A stretch of DNA of 44,960 nucleotides, from the IMG/VR virus record IMGVR_UViG_3300031728_000001; one strand, written 5' to 3'. The translations under genes were made by a program, and so were the position numbers. The notes beneath the pieces were generated by a model. The model was not told the origin of the DNA, ran no database searches, and saw nothing but the letters and a program-made list of their open reading frames with translations. Shown here piece by piece: positions 44,063-44,960 of this stretch (position 1 is its first letter; the number at the start of each line of letters is the position of its first letter). Source of the DNA: a virus.

Positions 44063-44341
44063 ATGTTTGATTTTAATATTTATCAAGAAATTCAAGATGG
44101 AATTCCGTCCAGTGAAGCAGAATGGAATCAAGCAGATGCCGAAGAAATAGGTTATCATCATCAAGATAGACCTTGGATATTGACTGGTTATGATGCATGG
44201 GTCCATAATCCCTTTTATAAGGGACCATCTGTGCCACATCCGGAAATAGATTATCCTGATGGAGCTTATTGTGAGGAAGAATACATCGAAGAGACTATAT
44301 ATTCTTCATCTGAACAGCCTGAAGATGATATTCCATTTTGA
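44063..44341 (+). CDS. small acidic protein ending in SSB-like EDDIPF tail
   Basis: Strong SD aaggag before ATG 44063. C-terminus ...SSEQPEDDIPF. Confidence 0.5.
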   Translation: MFDFNIYQEIQDGIPSSEAEWNQADAEEIGYHHQDRPWILTGYDAWVHNPFYKGPSVPHPEIDYPDGAYCEEEYIEETIYSSSEQPEDDIPF

Positions 44342-44350
44342 GGAGAAGAA

Positions 44351-44623
44351 ATGCAAGATACAATAATTCCTATTATCCATTTAAATGGAACGTCAAGAGA
44401 AGCTTTGTTGGATGGATATCTTGGAGTGTATAAGGCATTAAAAATTTCTATTGATAAAATTTACGATGCTGCTCCAAATGGAAGAGATTATTATATTTAT
44501 GGAGAAGGAGCTTTTGAGAAAGCTAGAAAACAGCATGAGGATAGGGTCAACAAGCTTAAGTTAGTTATGGATGAAATAGAATACATTATTAATTCTATCA
44601 TTAAAACACCCATCAGTTCTTGA
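44351..44623 (+). CDS. hypothetical protein
   Basis: SD gaggag. Confidence 0.5.
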   Translation: MQDTIIPIIHLNGTSREALLDGYLGVYKALKISIDKIYDAAPNGRDYYIYGEGAFEKARKQHEDRVNKLKLVMDEIEYIINSIIKTPISS

Positions 44624-44659
44624 AACAAAAGATTGTGAATAATAAAAGGAGCAGCTACT

Positions 44660-44960
44660 ATGGATAATATTTATAAATTGAATGAATTGATTGTATTAGC
44701 TGGAATACATATTGATAATGGTAAAAATAAATCTTCAGAAAATTTAGCTTTAAATTCTGCATTACTTGCTAGAGAAGATGGTAATATAGAAGAGGCTTAT
44801 CAATGGGCAATTAAAAGTTTATGCTATAGTGTCGGTGTTTTTTATCCTGATTGTAAAAAATTTGATAGAGGAAGTAAGATGGATGTTATTGAAGCTATTG
44901 AGTATTTTGTTTCAAGAACTGATGGGTGTTTTAATGATAGGTTAGCATTGGATGTATCTG
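44660..44960 (+). CDS. partial CDS (3' end outside window), hypothetical protein
   Basis: SD aaggag 9 nt before ATG 44660. Open to the window end. Confidence 0.5.
   Translation, partial: MDNIYKLNELIVLAGIHIDNGKNKSSENLALNSALLAREDGNIEEAYQWAIKSLCYSVGVFYPDCKKFDRGSKMDVIEAIEYFVSRTDGCFNDRLALDVS

Noticed and set aside
134-44239. Minus-strand ORFs from the six-frame track (for example 134-343, 989-1225, 3318-3659, 5684-6032, 9147-9395, 13278-13653, 15856-16350, 19415-19870, 20009-20338, 21320-21802, 35336-35686, 37688-38071, 43328-43546)
   Set aside because: Each lies wholly inside or antisense to a well-supported + strand gene. They have low-complexity or hydrophobic translations with no motifs and no RBS. 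Read as shadow ORFs of an AT-rich genome.
1-44960. CRISPR array or other regularly spaced direct repeats
   Set aside because: The only recurring element (the 16-bp palindrome) occurs at irregular multi-kb intervals with genes between copies. There is no repeat-spacer architecture.

Overview
This is a gene-dense, AT-rich (about one-third GC by eye) window with roughly 100 closely spaced or overlapping genes. Apart from one small HTH gene, all of them lie on the + strand. Many starts have Shine-Dalgarno-like motifs (aggag/ggagg), and ATGA start/stop overlaps are common. I read this as the early/middle region of a large virulent dsDNA bacteriophage, probably one infecting a low-GC host.

The genes I can recognise from their motifs fall into four groups:
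- **Replication and recombination:** a DnaC-like helicase loader, a DnaB-like helicase, an SF2 helicase carrying a LAGLIDADG intein, a RecA-family recombinase, Hjc-like and RuvC-like resolvases, and a Cas4/RecB-like nuclease.
- **Transcription:** a phage-encoded sigma-70-family factor, and a repeated TTGACA-containing promoter box.
- **Nucleotide metabolism:** ThyX, a dCMP deaminase, and a thymidylate-kinase-like protein.
- **RNA handling:** an RNA ligase, a CCA-adding enzyme, and a DHH phosphoesterase.

The most unusual item is an 886-aa ORF (40021..42681) that aligns along its full length with the eukaryotic major vault protein.

Other points worth a second look:
- a 16-bp perfect palindrome (GCGAACTCGAGTTCGC) found eight times, nearly always 12-30 nt upstream of a start codon;
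- an SSB-like C-terminal D-I-P-F tail shared by three unrelated proteins;
- two GC-rich islands with foreign codon usage, one carrying the only minus-strand gene (an XRE-type HTH);
- an iteron-like repeat cluster in the largest intergenic gap;
- a RecA with a Cys4 insertion;
- P-loop Lys-to-Thr substitutions in two NTPases;
- conserved-domain genes interrupted by, or running through, in-frame stop codons.

Everything here is read by eye from the sequence. No database searches were run.
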